Shown: positions 43,776 to 53,742 of the stretch, one piece after another
How the letters are laid out: each line of letters opens with the position of its first letter
How positions within the stretch are numbered: position 1 is the stretch's first letter
Assembly: GCA_963812605.1 (NCBI GenBank)
Contig: CAWEWF010000002.1
Coordinates: forward strand, 1 to 64,000
From: an uncultured Verrucomicrobiae bacterium
GTDB taxonomy: Bacteria; Verrucomicrobiota; Verrucomicrobiia; Palsa-1439
Direction: 5' to 3'
DNA length: 64,000 bases
Made by a program: the position numbers and the translations under genes
Notes under the pieces: model-generated
What the model was told of the DNA's origin: nothing
The model's database searches: none
The model's input: only the letters and a program-made list of their open reading frames with translations

Positions 43776-44426
43776 ATGATCAAGAGAAATGGCCAACCGC
43801 GACAGGGAGTGGCGCCGCCCTCGTTGAAGCGGATGAGCGACGCGGAGTACGCGGCATATTTCGAGGCATTCGGCGTTATCAAGGGCGATTACCAGGCCCT
43901 CTGTTTGATCGGCGACAAGCTGCGCGAGGTGGAGGCAAGCGCGCGTGGGCTTGGTTCTCTTGATTCTCAAGCTCAGGGTGGGCATGCGGAGTTGCCCGAC
44001 TCGGCAGGCGACCGAAGTCCATGGGAGGTTTGCGCTTCGTTGATGAGGCTGAACAACAACGAAGTTTTCCTCTGCAAGCGAGTTTGCGAGCACGGCTTGG
44101 AATATGCCGTGATTGACCAGGCATCGGTTGCTTCGGCTTACGCCAAGGCGCGTGGACCGCTGGATGTCTTGCGCACGGGAGACAACCCGCGCCAAGTGCT
44201 TCGCGACTACCTTCGCAGCGAAAGCGAGACCCTGCAACTGATGGTCAACGACATCACCGCCAATGTCCGACTGGTCATCGCGGAGCGTTTTCCGAAGCAG
44301 GATTTGCGGCGCGTCGTCAACGAGATCACACGCATGTGCAAGAAAGTCGCCCGCCTCGGTTTCTCCGAAACAATCGAAGAACATGCCTCTCATACGCAGA
44401 ACCAGGCGCGCGGCGTGCGAACCTAA
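43776..44426 (+). CDS. Hypothetical protein
   Basis: 216 aa with an AAAGGAG RBS; no recognisable motif. Confidence 0.7.
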   Translation: MIKRNGQPRQGVAPPSLKRMSDAEYAAYFEAFGVIKGDYQALCLIGDKLREVEASARGLGSLDSQAQGGHAELPDSAGDRSPWEVCASLMRLNNNEVFLCKRVCEHGLEYAVIDQASVASAYAKARGPLDVLRTGDNPRQVLRDYLRSESETLQLMVNDITANVRLVIAERFPKQDLRRVVNEITRMCKKVARLGFSETIEEHASHTQNQARGVRT

Positions 44427-44444
44427 TCTCACCACTGCCCGCTC

Positions 44445-44654
44445 ATGGCGAACGAGAGACAGAAGCGCGAGGTTGACCGGCTGGCGTTGACCCGTGAAGA
44501 GGCCGCAGTCGCTTTGGGCATCAGCATCCCGACATTGCACCGGCTCGTTCAACGCGGACTACTGCGACCCAGTCGCGCACTCCGTCGTCCCCTATTCCCT
44601 GTCCCCGAAATTGCACGATTCCTCCGTGAAACCTCCGGCCCAGTCGAGTTTTAG
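44445..44654 (+). CDS. Second excisionase-like HTH_17 protein
   Basis: RLALTREEAAVALGISIPTLHRLVQRGLL...FPVPEIARFL. Confidence 0.85.
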   Translation: MANERQKREVDRLALTREEAAVALGISIPTLHRLVQRGLLRPSRALRRPLFPVPEIARFLRETSGPVEF

Positions 44655-44679
44655 CGCGCGGAATTGTTGAAACACTAAA

Positions 44680-45751
44680 CGATTTGCGAACCTCGCGGTC
44701 TGAGTTTCCGAAGGTAGCAGCAGGGAAAGATTACGAAACGGCATCTGACCGGAAAGTTCTCTCTATCGGGAGAATTGGCTCCCCACTTTGGACGGTTTGC
44801 GAACCTTGCGGTTTCAACTTCCGTGAGGCGCTGCACTAGTTAAGCCTTTGTTTTGCTAACGTCCAGAGCTCAGACCCGAGGAACCAAAGATGGATACGGC
44901 GACGGGTTAGCTCTTCTTCGTGGGAGTCCCATTGGGATTCACAGTTGTGATGGTCAACTCAAGAATAGACTTGTCGGGTAATGCAAATTGGATTTGTTGA
45001 CCAGAATCGGAGATCCCCGAAAGGAGCATCTCGGTCGTGGAGAAGGCTAAGCGATACCTTCTGGCATGGGCTGTGCTCTATATGGGTTACCGCCATCTAT
45101 CAGGAGAAACCACATGCAAGCACCGCTGCCAGCGAACGAGAACGAACGGCTCAAAGCTCTCTATTGGTATGGAATCCTCGACACGATTGCTGAGGAGATT
45201 TTCGATGACTTGACCCTATTGGCTTCCCAGGTTTGTGATACACCTATTGCGTTGATATCGCTTGTGGACAAGGACCGGCAATGGTTCAAGTCGAAGATCG
45301 GCCTCACTACGGCAGAAACTCCCAGGAGCATTTCGTTTTGCAGCCATGCGATTTTGCAATCCGATGTCTTTGAAGTAAGAGACGCCATGAAAGACGAACG
45401 ATTCGCCGACAGCCCGTTAGTGACGAACGATCCGGGAATCCGTTTTTACGCTGGTGCCCCAATACGAACGGCTGAAGGCTTCGCCCTCGGTTCGTTATGC
45501 GTCATCGATCAAGTGCCTCACGAACTCACCGCAAAGCAGACTGAATCCCTTACGCTCCTAAGTACAATCGTAGCCCGACTGTTCAAACAGCGACGATACA
45601 TCAAAGAGCTGGAGGGTATAGTTTCTGAGAGTGGCGCGACTGAACTTGTCGGGAATTTGCGGTAGATCCCCCATTAGACCTCTGAAAGAAGCGTGTGGAA
45701 AGCACAAAAAAAGGAGTCCCCGCTTTGGACGGTTTGCGAACCTTGCGGTTT
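44680..45751. repeat. Three direct repeats, att-like
   Basis: Exact 29-bp CTTTGGACGGTTTGCGAACCTTGCGGTTT at 44786-44814 and 45723-45751; degenerate copy at 44680-44704. Confidence 0.85.
45114..45665 (+). CDS. Stand-alone GAF-domain protein
   Basis: NENERLKAL...FDDLT...SLVDKDRQWFKS...RFYAGAPI...GSLCVID. Confidence 0.85.
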   Translation: MQAPLPANENERLKALYWYGILDTIAEEIFDDLTLLASQVCDTPIALISLVDKDRQWFKSKIGLTTAETPRSISFCSHAILQSDVFEVRDAMKDERFADSPLVTNDPGIRFYAGAPIRTAEGFALGSLCVIDQVPHELTAKQTESLTLLSTIVARLFKQRRYIKELEGIVSESGATELVGNLR

Positions 45752-45847
45752 GAGCATTTAAGGCCTGCCACAATGGGCAATGCCTTGTTCGCCTAGGCAC
45801 TGAATCATCGTGTTGGCGATGGTGGTAACAATCTGTCCATATCGTGC

Positions 45848-46165
45848 CTAAAGTAATAGAGGAATGCGAGTATCACGGCCACACACACAAGTATCTGCAA
45901 ACTTACGACGCTTAATGTGCCGGTGCGAACGGGCAGACTCCTCGGGCGTCTTCTCGCCATACAGCAACCAGTCCGTGCAAGTCAGACCCAGAATCGCATA
46001 ACTGCCGCCGAGCAAAACGACTCCGATCATGAATATCAAGCCGCTTATCAGTTGATACATGGCGGAGAAAACCAACAACAGGAAGGCGGCAACGTAGCCA
46101 AGCGCGACTGCTTCCTGCGGCTTCAATGGGCCGCTTGGCCTATGCAATGGCCTGAAAATGCTCAT
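45848..46165 (-). CDS. Small two-TM hypothetical protein
   Basis: Two hydrophobic segments. Confidence 0.45.
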   Translation of the reverse strand: MSIFRPLHRPSGPLKPQEAVALGYVAAFLLLVFSAMYQLISGLIFMIGVVLLGGSYAILGLTCTDWLLYGEKTPEESARSHRHIKRRKFADTCVCGRDTRIPLLL

Positions 46166-46459
46166 CGATATTTTCCGCCTGTCATGTGTTAGGTTTCAGA
46201 AATACTACCTATCACGGTCGCCGTTTTCCACCCATTTCTGCCGTAAGAGAAAATACATCAAGAGCTTATACCTTTGGGATTGGCTTTGACCTTGCCAACA
46301 AAGTGGCACTGCCGAGCCCCAACAGGCCCGCACGTAGGATTCGAACCGATCTAGGCCAGCCGACTTGGGAAGTCGCCTGACACAAAGTCTTCAGTACCGC
46401 GCGGTCACGCTTGATTGTTTTTGAACTCCTACAACTTCGTAGATGATCCCGACGAAAAA

Positions 46460-46485
46460 AAGTTGTAACCCTAAGTTGTAACCCT
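46460..46485. repeat. Tandem 13-bp repeat, candidate integrase arm site
   Basis: AAGTTGTAACCCT twice, ~130 bp inside the tRNA junction. Confidence 0.6.
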
Positions 46486-46612
46486 ACGACCGATTTTGGG
46501 AGTTTTCGTGATTTCACCTGATAGCAGGCAATCGCCGTGCAACCATTGTAACGATTGGGCTGGCAGGCGATAGCTAAAAATGTGCAAAGGTGGCTAAAAT
46601 GCCCGTTTCGAA

Positions 46613-46650
46613 TTAAAAGGCCGTTGCTCTACCAACTGAGCTACCGGCTC
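46613..46650 (-). tRNA. 5' half (nt 1-38) of tRNA-Lys(TTT), truncated after the anticodon loop; island attachment site
   Basis: GAGCCGG TA GCTC AGTTGGTA GAGC A ACGGC CTTTTAA is followed by TTCGA instead of the GCCGT needed to close the stem. TTGACG-N17-TACATT promoter upstream. Confidence 0.85.
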
Positions 46651-46775
46651 GCCGGTCACGTGGGAGCCGCGCGGGGAACGGGAGCGGCGCGAATGTAGCG
46701 AGTTTGGCGAGCGGCGTCAACTTTGGGATTCGGGGGCAGTGTCTTAATTTGCCGCGTTGCTCATCGTTCGTGTTT

Positions 46776-46839
46776 TGTAGCCGAAGCGTAAGCTTCGGTG
46801 GTAGCAATGTGGATTCCCGAAGCTTACGCTTCGGCTACA
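46776..46839. repeat. GTAG-type REP doublet (perfect 23-bp inverted repeat)
   Basis: TGTAGCCGAAGCGTAAGCTTCGG at 46776-46798 and its reverse complement at 46817-46839; each arm is itself a hairpin. Confidence 0.75.
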
Positions 46840-47033
46840 GTTGGCGGATGCAAATTAAGACATCACCATTCGGACGGCTGTTGCTTCATAGGGTGGACAA
46901 ACGGGGAAGCCTGGGCCAAAATAAATCGCGGCGCGCCGATGCGGCGGATTGAATTGCACGGACTGAGCGATCACGGGCAGGGACGCCCGTGCCACCATCG
47001 CCGGTGCGCACATTAAATTACACGGAGTGAGCG

Positions 47034-48047
47034 ATGCCAACGCCGGAGACCATGCGCGCGATGCTGTTGGAGGGGCCCAAGCAGGCGCTGCGTCTCAAGG
47101 AAGTACCCCTTCCCCGTCCCGAGCCGAACCAAATCCTGATTCGGGTCCATGCCTGCGGTGTCTGCCGCACGGATTTGCATATCGTCGATGGTGAACTTAC
47201 GGAACCAAAACTGCCGTTGATCCCCGGTCATGAAATCGTGGGCCGGGTCGTTCAGGCGGGTGAGAAGGTTGAAAACTTTCGCGTCGGCGACCGGGTTGGC
47301 GTGCCCTGGCTGGCATCGGCCTGCGGGCATTGCCGTTACTGCCAGAAGGGCCGGGAGAATCTTTGCGACAATGCGCAGTTCACGGGGTACACCGTCAACG
47401 GCGGCTTTGCCGAATACACCGTGGCGGACGCGCGGTTCAGCTTTCACCTGGCGGAAGGTCCCGGGGACGCCGAGACTGCGCCCTTGTTGTGCGCCGGCCT
47501 GATCGGCTACCGCTCGTATCGAATGGCCGGGCAGGACGCGCAAACCCTCGGGCTTTACGGATTCGGCGCGGCGGCCCACATCCTCACGCAGGTGGCGGTT
47601 TATCAGCAAAGAAAAGTTTATGCCTTTACGAGACCGGGGGACACCAAAGGGCAGGAGTTTGCGCGACGTCTCGGGGCGGTGTGGGCTGGTGGTTCCGATG
47701 TCAAACCGCCGGAGCCACTGGATGCGGCGATCATTTTCGCGCCGGTTGGCGCGCTGGTCCCAGCGGCTCTGCGCGCGACCGGCAAGGGCGGCACCGTGGT
47801 CTGCGGCGGGATTTATATGAGCGATATTCCCTCCCTTCCCTACAACCTGCTCTGGGAGGAACGAGTCCTTCGGTCGGTAGCCAACCTGACGCGTCGTGAC
47901 GGCGAGGAATTCCTGGAAATCGCCTCGAAGGTACCGGTCAAGACCCAGGTACGCGTGTATCCGCTCGATCAGGCCAACGAAGCGTTGGACGACTTGCGTA
48001 ACGGGAAAATCGAGGGCGCGGCCGTCCTGTCAATGGGCGTGCCCTGA
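47034..48047 (+). CDS. Zinc-dependent alcohol dehydrogenase
   Basis: CGVCRTDLH, PGHEIVG, CGHCRYC...C and GLYGFGAAAH. Confidence 0.92.
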   Translation: MPTPETMRAMLLEGPKQALRLKEVPLPRPEPNQILIRVHACGVCRTDLHIVDGELTEPKLPLIPGHEIVGRVVQAGEKVENFRVGDRVGVPWLASACGHCRYCQKGRENLCDNAQFTGYTVNGGFAEYTVADARFSFHLAEGPGDAETAPLLCAGLIGYRSYRMAGQDAQTLGLYGFGAAAHILTQVAVYQQRKVYAFTRPGDTKGQEFARRLGAVWAGGSDVKPPEPLDAAIIFAPVGALVPAALRATGKGGTVVCGGIYMSDIPSLPYNLLWEERVLRSVANLTRRDGEEFLEIASKVPVKTQVRVYPLDQANEALDDLRNGKIEGAAVLSMGVP

Positions 48048-48079
48048 TACGGTCGTCAATCTCAGCCGCATTCTTGTCG

Positions 48080-48664
48080 TCATTCCCCATCCGGTGACGA
48101 GCCGGCTTCGCGCATCGACTGCCGCATCTGTAGCTGGCTGTAAATCCACGCCGCGGACATGCCGAAAACCAAATGCGTGACCACGACAATCCAGTTTCGC
48201 CAACTCGCCACCCAGGGGTAATAGGCCGCCAACCCGTAGAAGTGAAACCAATACATCAGGAGGCCAAATCCGGCGCCCACCAGCACCGCCACGGCGGGCC
48301 TGAGTTTGCGGATCAACAACCCCAGCACCACCGCATACCAGATCGACAACACGAAGTGCATCAACATCCCGATAAAGAAAATGTCGAACGTGAACGGTGT
48401 CGAGGTGGCTACCGCCCGATTTCCCAGGGTGATCGAGGCGCTCAAACGCACCGGATCCCAAATATCGCCCCGGCCAAAAGCTTCCATCAAAAACATTTCC
48501 ACAGCCATAAACAGCGCGCCTGCGATCACTCCCGCGACAGCGCCTTTGCCCCAACGCGTAATGCGTTTTCGTTTCCGTGCTTGCGCTTGGATCAGTGCTT
48601 GCGCGTTCTGCGAGGAAATGTTGGTCGACTGCGCATTCATCTGCATCTCCTTTCCCTCCCTCAA
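48080..48664 (-). CDS. Four-TM membrane protein
   Basis: Hydrophobic helices with conserved-looking His residues (MHFVLS, HLVFG). Confidence 0.75.
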   Translation of the reverse strand: MREGKEMQMNAQSTNISSQNAQALIQAQARKRKRITRWGKGAVAGVIAGALFMAVEMFLMEAFGRGDIWDPVRLSASITLGNRAVATSTPFTFDIFFIGMLMHFVLSIWYAVVLGLLIRKLRPAVAVLVGAGFGLLMYWFHFYGLAAYYPWVASWRNWIVVVTHLVFGMSAAWIYSQLQMRQSMREAGSSPDGE

Positions 48665-48670
48665 TAATAA

Positions 48671-49126
48671 TTACTGGTTTGACCTCATGCGAGTGCGGGC
48701 CGCCTTTCTCGCGGCGGCGGAACGCTGCTTTGCAGATCTCCGGCGTGCACTGCTTCGGGCCTGGCGCGAAAGCGCAGCAGGCGACGCCGCACGATGACCT
48801 TCGCGTCGCAACGCATTTAGCGTGGCGCTCGCGCGTTTGGCCGAGGGCCGTTTCTGTATTCCGCTCTGGCCTTTGGCATAATCGCGCCTGGCTCTGCGTC
48901 GCGTTTGGGCGGACGTTGTGCCTCTTCGCGGAGGAGGCAGCTTCACTCCGGCGCGACGGGCTTTCGACAAGCCAATGGCAATGGCCTGTTTGGCGGATCG
49001 GGCCCCGTGCACCCTTTCGCGAATATGCTCCATTTCCTCCCGGACAAACTCCCCAGCCTGCGTGCTCGGAGATTTGCCTTCCTGTTTATCCTTATGCGCT
49101 CGTGCGATGGTTTTCTTTTCAGGCAT
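48671..49126 (-). CDS. Basic DUF6496-like putative DNA-binding protein
   Basis: GKSPSTQAGEFVREE...HGARSAKQAIAIGLSKARRAG. Confidence 0.8.
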   Translation of the reverse strand: MPEKKTIARAHKDKQEGKSPSTQAGEFVREEMEHIRERVHGARSAKQAIAIGLSKARRAGVKLPPPRRGTTSAQTRRRARRDYAKGQSGIQKRPSAKRASATLNALRREGHRAASPAALSRQARSSARRRSAKQRSAAARKAARTRMRSNQ

Positions 49127-49681
49127 ATGTTTTGGTCCTCCGTTGATTCCCAACGTAACTTATCCTCACTACAAACATACGACTGACTTTCGTGCGCTCA
49201 AATAGGAGATTGTCCGAATTATCTCCCAACGAAGCTCCTAGTAGATTAGCCTGTACATCGGATTCCGATAATGGTATGATCCGCGCAGTTCTTTGACAAT
49301 CCGCCTTCGCGAAACCGCTGCGGCGGACAAGGAGGGTGGAGTTTTTTTAGGGGAGGAAGAGGCTTGAAAAACATGCGTTTCTGCGAAACGAACCCGATTT
49401 TGTTTCGCTCGTTTTCATATGGAAATAACAGAACAGCAACATTTTATGACTGATGAGGCGTATTTTCGAATCGGGTTCGTTTTCGGCTCACCAGGAGGTT
49501 CGCCCTCCAAATGATACGGGAGCGGCGCGGTCGGGCCCAGAAAGTGTTCGGGGTAAAAGACCGTCGTCGAACAATGCGCCCAGCGGTCAGGCCCTGGCGG
49601 GGCGCGTTGCGTGACCGAGGAGGGCAAAGCCCATCGCGATACCGATGAAGGCTCGGTTCATACAAGCGCAACGATGCCAGC

Positions 49682-50587
49682 TTAGGAACGGGGCACGAAG
49701 CCCATTTGGTTGAGGACCTGCTGCCCAGCGGGAGATTGGACAAACTGAATGAAGTCGTGCGCCGTGGGTGGTTCCTTGGCCTTATCGGTCAACAGGTGCA
49801 GCGTGCGGGCATAGGGATACTGGCCCTGGTTCACTGCCGCGGCCGTCGGGGCGACGCCGCCGATGGATACGGCTTTGACGCCGGACTTCGTCGTCAATTC
49901 CAGACTGCAATAACCGATTCCGCCCGTGTCATTGGCCACGGCTTCCACAATGGTGCCGTAACTGGTGAAGGGTTTCATGTCCGGGCCATACGGCTTGTTT
50001 TCCATCGCCAATTCCCGAAAGCCCAGATGCGTCCCGGAAATGGGATCGCGGATGTACAGATGAATGGGCGCATCCGTCCCGCCGATATCCTTCCAGTTTT
50101 GGATGACCCCGGTAAAAATATCCCGCACTTGATCACGCGTCAGGTTCGTGACGGAGCTGCCGGCGTTGACGACGACGGCAATGCTGTAGGAGCCGATGAT
50201 ATAATCGTTACATTGGACATTGCGTGTCCGAGCCAGCTCCTGTTCGTTCACGCTCATCGGACGGGAAGCCGCGGCGATATCGCTCAGCCCGCCGATCAAT
50301 GCCGCCACCCCGTACCCCGTCCCTTTGAATTCGGTCTGAAACGCGGCCTCGGGATGAGCCTTCTTGAACTCCGCGATCAGTCGCGGGGCCAATTCTTCTC
50401 CGACGGTGTTCGAGCCACTGAGGATCGTGGATCCCGACTTGTCAGTCCTTTCAAGCTTGCCGGCCTGATTATCCAGAGCGCTCGGCGAACAACTGGCGAC
50501 CATCGCGCCGAGCAATAATACGCCGAGGTTCTTCACGGGGTTTAATTTCTTCAGGCAAAAGGCTGCCCGGCACAAAGTCGTTTTCAT
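49682..50587 (-). CDS. pstS: PstS-like phosphate ABC substrate-binding lipoprotein
   Basis: GSNTVG, GTGYG, DIAAASR, RDPISGT and YPYARTL; lipobox-like VASC. No pstCAB nearby. Confidence 0.8.
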   Translation of the reverse strand: MKTTLCRAAFCLKKLNPVKNLGVLLLGAMVASCSPSALDNQAGKLERTDKSGSTILSGSNTVGEELAPRLIAEFKKAHPEAAFQTEFKGTGYGVAALIGGLSDIAAASRPMSVNEQELARTRNVQCNDYIIGSYSIAVVVNAGSSVTNLTRDQVRDIFTGVIQNWKDIGGTDAPIHLYIRDPISGTHLGFRELAMENKPYGPDMKPFTSYGTIVEAVANDTGGIGYCSLELTTKSGVKAVSIGGVAPTAAAVNQGQYPYARTLHLLTDKAKEPPTAHDFIQFVQSPAGQQVLNQMGFVPRS

Positions 50588-50773
50588 GGCGCTTCCTCCG
50601 TTACGTGGGAAATGAAATGATCTGGTAGGAATCTTCTTTCGCTCGGGCGCAAAGATCAAGAAAAAACTCAACAGGTCAGAAGGAACGTTTGTGGTGATTA
50701 CAAACAAGGGGCCGCTTTTATAGTGGCGCTTACCGTAGCGTTGCGGCACGATACAGGGGAAGGGATTGAGCCG

Positions 50774-52207
50774 ATGTTGTTAAAGAAGACAAAGAGCGAC
50801 GGGTGCGGTGCGGCACTCTTTCTAGCGCGGGCCGTGACCATCCTGGCGGTCATGTTTGCCGCCCCGGCTTCCATTCGAGCTGCCGATAATCCCACAGTGT
50901 GTGTGCTGACCATTCACGAGGAGATCACACCCAATACGCTGTATCTTGTCCGGCGCGGGTTGCGTGAGGCGGAAGAGAAGAAGGCGGCGGCGGTCGTGAT
51001 CGAGATGCGGACGAATGGCGGCAGCGTGGACGCAATGGAAGACATTATCGGCCAGCTCGAGCGCGCGCCGATGAAGACCTACACGTACGTCGATGACAAG
51101 GCCTACTCGGCCGGGGCGTACATTGCCGCGGCCACGGATGAGATTTTCATGGCACCCGGCAGCGTGATTGGCGCCGCGACGCCCATCGTCGTTGGCAGTT
51201 CGGGGGTGCAGCAGTTGCCGAAGAGTGATGAGGAGAAAAATATCTCGGCAATGCGCGCACGGATCCGCAGTGCGGCGCAGGAGAAAGGCCATAACTCGGC
51301 AGTATTCGAAGCGATGGTCGACGCCGACCTCGGGTTGACCATTGACGGCAAGGAGATCACGCCCAAGGGCAAGCTATTGACCCTGACGAATGAAGAGGCG
51401 GCCCGCGAGTACGGACACCCACCCACCCCGCTATTGTCCGCGGGCACCGTAAAGTCTCTTGATGAGTTACTGCAAAAGGCGGGGTTGACGGGAGCCCGCA
51501 CATTCGAAGTGGCACCGTCCGGATTCGAGCAACTGGCGCGGTGGATCACGACCATCTCCCCGCTGCTCATCCTGGTTGGATTCCTGGCGTTGTACATTGA
51601 ACTGTCGCATCCCGGTGTGACGTTACCGGCGGTGGTGGCGGTGATTTGTTTCGCCATCTATTTCCTCGGCTATATTGTGGCGGGACTGGCGGGCTGGGAG
51701 GAAGTGGGGCTATTCGTTTTCGGGTTGTTGCTACTGGCGGTGGAGTTCTTCCTGTTTCCCGGCCATTTTCTCTCCGCGGCATTGGGCACGGTCGCCGTGC
51801 TGGCCGCGCTGGTGCTGGCCATGGCCGGCCATCTGCCGGGCGCGCCGATCCTGCCGGGCTGGGACCAGGTGCAGGTGCCACTGATGAAAGTCCTTGGAAG
51901 CGCGATCGGCGCTTTCCTGGCCGCGATGCTACTTGGTCGCTACCTGCCGAAGAGCACACTGTTTCGGAGAATGGAATTGGTGGCGGCGACGAGCACGGCG
52001 GAAGGATATACAACGAGTCTGGGCGAAGCCAAGGCTCTGCTCGGCGTGGCGGGTGTCGCGGAGACAAACCTGCGTCCGTCAGGCAAGGGACGTTTTGGCG
52101 ACAAGCTGGTGGATGTCGTTACGGAGGGCGATTTGATTGAAAAGGGCAAGCCGATCACGATTGTGGAAGTCCAGGGCAGCCGCGTCGTGGTGAAAGCCGT
52201 GGCCTAG
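50774..52207 (+). CDS. nfeD: Long NfeD (ClpP-like protease domain + TM + OB fold)
   Basis: TNGGSV, AYSAGAYIA, GKLLTLT and LRPSGKG. Confidence 0.9.
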   Translation: MLLKKTKSDGCGAALFLARAVTILAVMFAAPASIRAADNPTVCVLTIHEEITPNTLYLVRRGLREAEEKKAAAVVIEMRTNGGSVDAMEDIIGQLERAPMKTYTYVDDKAYSAGAYIAAATDEIFMAPGSVIGAATPIVVGSSGVQQLPKSDEEKNISAMRARIRSAAQEKGHNSAVFEAMVDADLGLTIDGKEITPKGKLLTLTNEEAAREYGHPPTPLLSAGTVKSLDELLQKAGLTGARTFEVAPSGFEQLARWITTISPLLILVGFLALYIELSHPGVTLPAVVAVICFAIYFLGYIVAGLAGWEEVGLFVFGLLLLAVEFFLFPGHFLSAALGTVAVLAALVLAMAGHLPGAPILPGWDQVQVPLMKVLGSAIGAFLAAMLLGRYLPKSTLFRRMELVAATSTAEGYTTSLGEAKALLGVAGVAETNLRPSGKGRFGDKLVDVVTEGDLIEKGKPITIVEVQGSRVVVKAVA

Positions 52208-52216
52208 GGAATCGAC

Positions 52217-52693
52217 ATGAACTGGACGGCCATTGTCCTGTTAACGGTGGTGGGACTGGTGTTCATCGCCGTGGAGTTTTATCTGCCCAGTCTGGTGCTG
52301 GGGAGTATCGGGGCGGTGCTGATGTTGTTCGCGACGGCAATTTGTTACAGTAATACGGGCAGCCGGGACGAGACGCTGGTCTTGTTCGGTGTGGAGATGG
52401 TGCTGGGCATTGGCGTGGGTTACGCATCCATCAAATACTTCCCACGAACGGCCATGGGCAGAAAAATGATTTTGGCAAAGATGGAAACGGGAGCCAGCGC
52501 CCCAACGGAGCGGGTGAAGGATTGGATCGGACGAGAAGGGGTTGCACAGACCGTGTTGCGACCCGCTGGCCTGGCGCTGATCGGCGGGCAGCGGTTGGAT
52601 GTGGAGGCCGAATCCGGCATGATTGAAAGCGGCAGCCCCATCAAGATTGTGGCAGTGCACAAAAATCGACTCGTGGTAAAAAAACTTGGTTAA
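52217..52693 (+). CDS. Short NfeD-family protein
   Basis: Three TM segments and [13 protein letters not shown] fold. Confidence 0.85.
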   Translation: MNWTAIVLLTVVGLVFIAVEFYLPSLVLGSIGAVLMLFATAICYSNTGSRDETLVLFGVEMVLGIGVGYASIKYFPRTAMGRKMILAKMETGASAPTERVKDWIGREGVAQTVLRPAGLALIGGQRLDVEAESGMIESGSPIKIVAVHKNRLVVKKLG

Positions 52694-52706
52694 AGGACAC
52701 GGAATT

Positions 52707-53738
52707 ATGGAAAATATTGGCTCACTCATTGCGATGGCGGCCCTGGCGATTGCCGGCATTTTCGCGTTGATCGCCTTCTTCGTGGTGATCTCGTTTATCA
52801 ACATCTGGATTCAAGCGCGCATGACCGGCGCGCCGGTGTCGTTCCTGACGCTGTTGAGCATGCGGCTGCGGCGGGTACCCATCGCGTTGGTGGTCCAAAG
52901 CCGCATTACCGCGGTAAAAGCCGGTATACCGCTTACCACCGACCAGCTTGAAGCGCACTATCTGGCCGGCGGCAACGTCAACCAGGTCGTTCGCGCCCTC
53001 ATCGCCGCGGAGAAAGCCAACCTGAATCTCGGCTTCAACCAGGCCGCCGCCATCGACCTCGCCACCCACCAGTCCGGCAAGAGCGTTTTCGAGGCCGTGA
53101 TGACCTCGGTGAATCCCAAAGTCATCGACTGCCCCAACCCGGCCAGCGGCAAGCAGACAATTGCCGCTGTTGCCAAGGATGGCATCCAGCTCCAGGTCAA
53201 GGCACGCGTCACGGTACGCACGCACCTCGACCGGTTCGTCGGCGGCGCGACGGAAGAAACCATCATTGCCCGCGTCGGCGAAGGCATCGTCACCGCCATT
53301 GGCTCCGCCAATTCCTACAAGGACGTGCTTGAGAACCCCGACACGATCTCCAAGCGCGTGTTGGAAAAGGGTCTCGATGCCAGCACGGCGTTTGGCATCA
53401 TGTCCATTGATATCGCGGACGTGGATGTCGGCGACAACATCGGCGCGCGCCTGCAGCAGGAACAAGCCGAGGCCAACAAGCAAATGGCCATCGCCAACGC
53501 CGAAACGCGCCGCGCCATCGCCGTAGCCAATGAACAGGAAATGAAGGCCCGGACGCAGGAAATGCGCGCGAAGGTCGTCGAAGCGGAAGCCCAAATCCCG
53601 ATGGCCATGGCGGAAGCCTTCCGTAGCGGTCGGCTCGGCGTCATGGATTACTATCGCATGCAAAACATCCAATCGGACACGCGCATGCGCCAATCGATCG
53701 CCGGCGAAGACGTCAGCAAATCCGGCACGGCCAGCTAA
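52707..53738 (+). CDS. floA: Flotillin-like FloA (YqfA/UPF0365)
   Basis: [26 protein letters not shown] and GVMDYY. Confidence 0.92.
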   Translation: MENIGSLIAMAALAIAGIFALIAFFVVISFINIWIQARMTGAPVSFLTLLSMRLRRVPIALVVQSRITAVKAGIPLTTDQLEAHYLAGGNVNQVVRALIAAEKANLNLGFNQAAAIDLATHQSGKSVFEAVMTSVNPKVIDCPNPASGKQTIAAVAKDGIQLQVKARVTVRTHLDRFVGGATEETIIARVGEGIVTAIGSANSYKDVLENPDTISKRVLEKGLDASTAFGIMSIDIADVDVGDNIGARLQQEQAEANKQMAIANAETRRAIAVANEQEMKARTQEMRAKVVEAEAQIPMAMAEAFRSGRLGVMDYYRMQNIQSDTRMRQSIAGEDVSKSGTAS

Positions 53739-53742
53739 CACC

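Larger units (their letters stand above)
1..46619. mobile_element. Integrative conjugative element/genomic island (right part)
   Basis: T4SS, coupling protein, MOB-F relaxase, excisionases, defence cargo and a split-tRNA boundary. The integrase is not in the window. Confidence 0.85.

Noticed and set aside
44680-45751. CRISPR array
   Set aside because: Only three copies with ~80 and ~900 bp spacing, and no cas genes.
46400-46612. Group I intron in tRNA-Lys
   Set aside because: No 3' tRNA exon found in the window and no recognisable P7 core; arm-like repeats favour an att site. An Rfam search was not possible.
1-46619. Integrase gene or prophage genes
   Set aside because: No tyrosine/serine recombinase or phage structural motifs seen; the integrase presumably lies left of the window.
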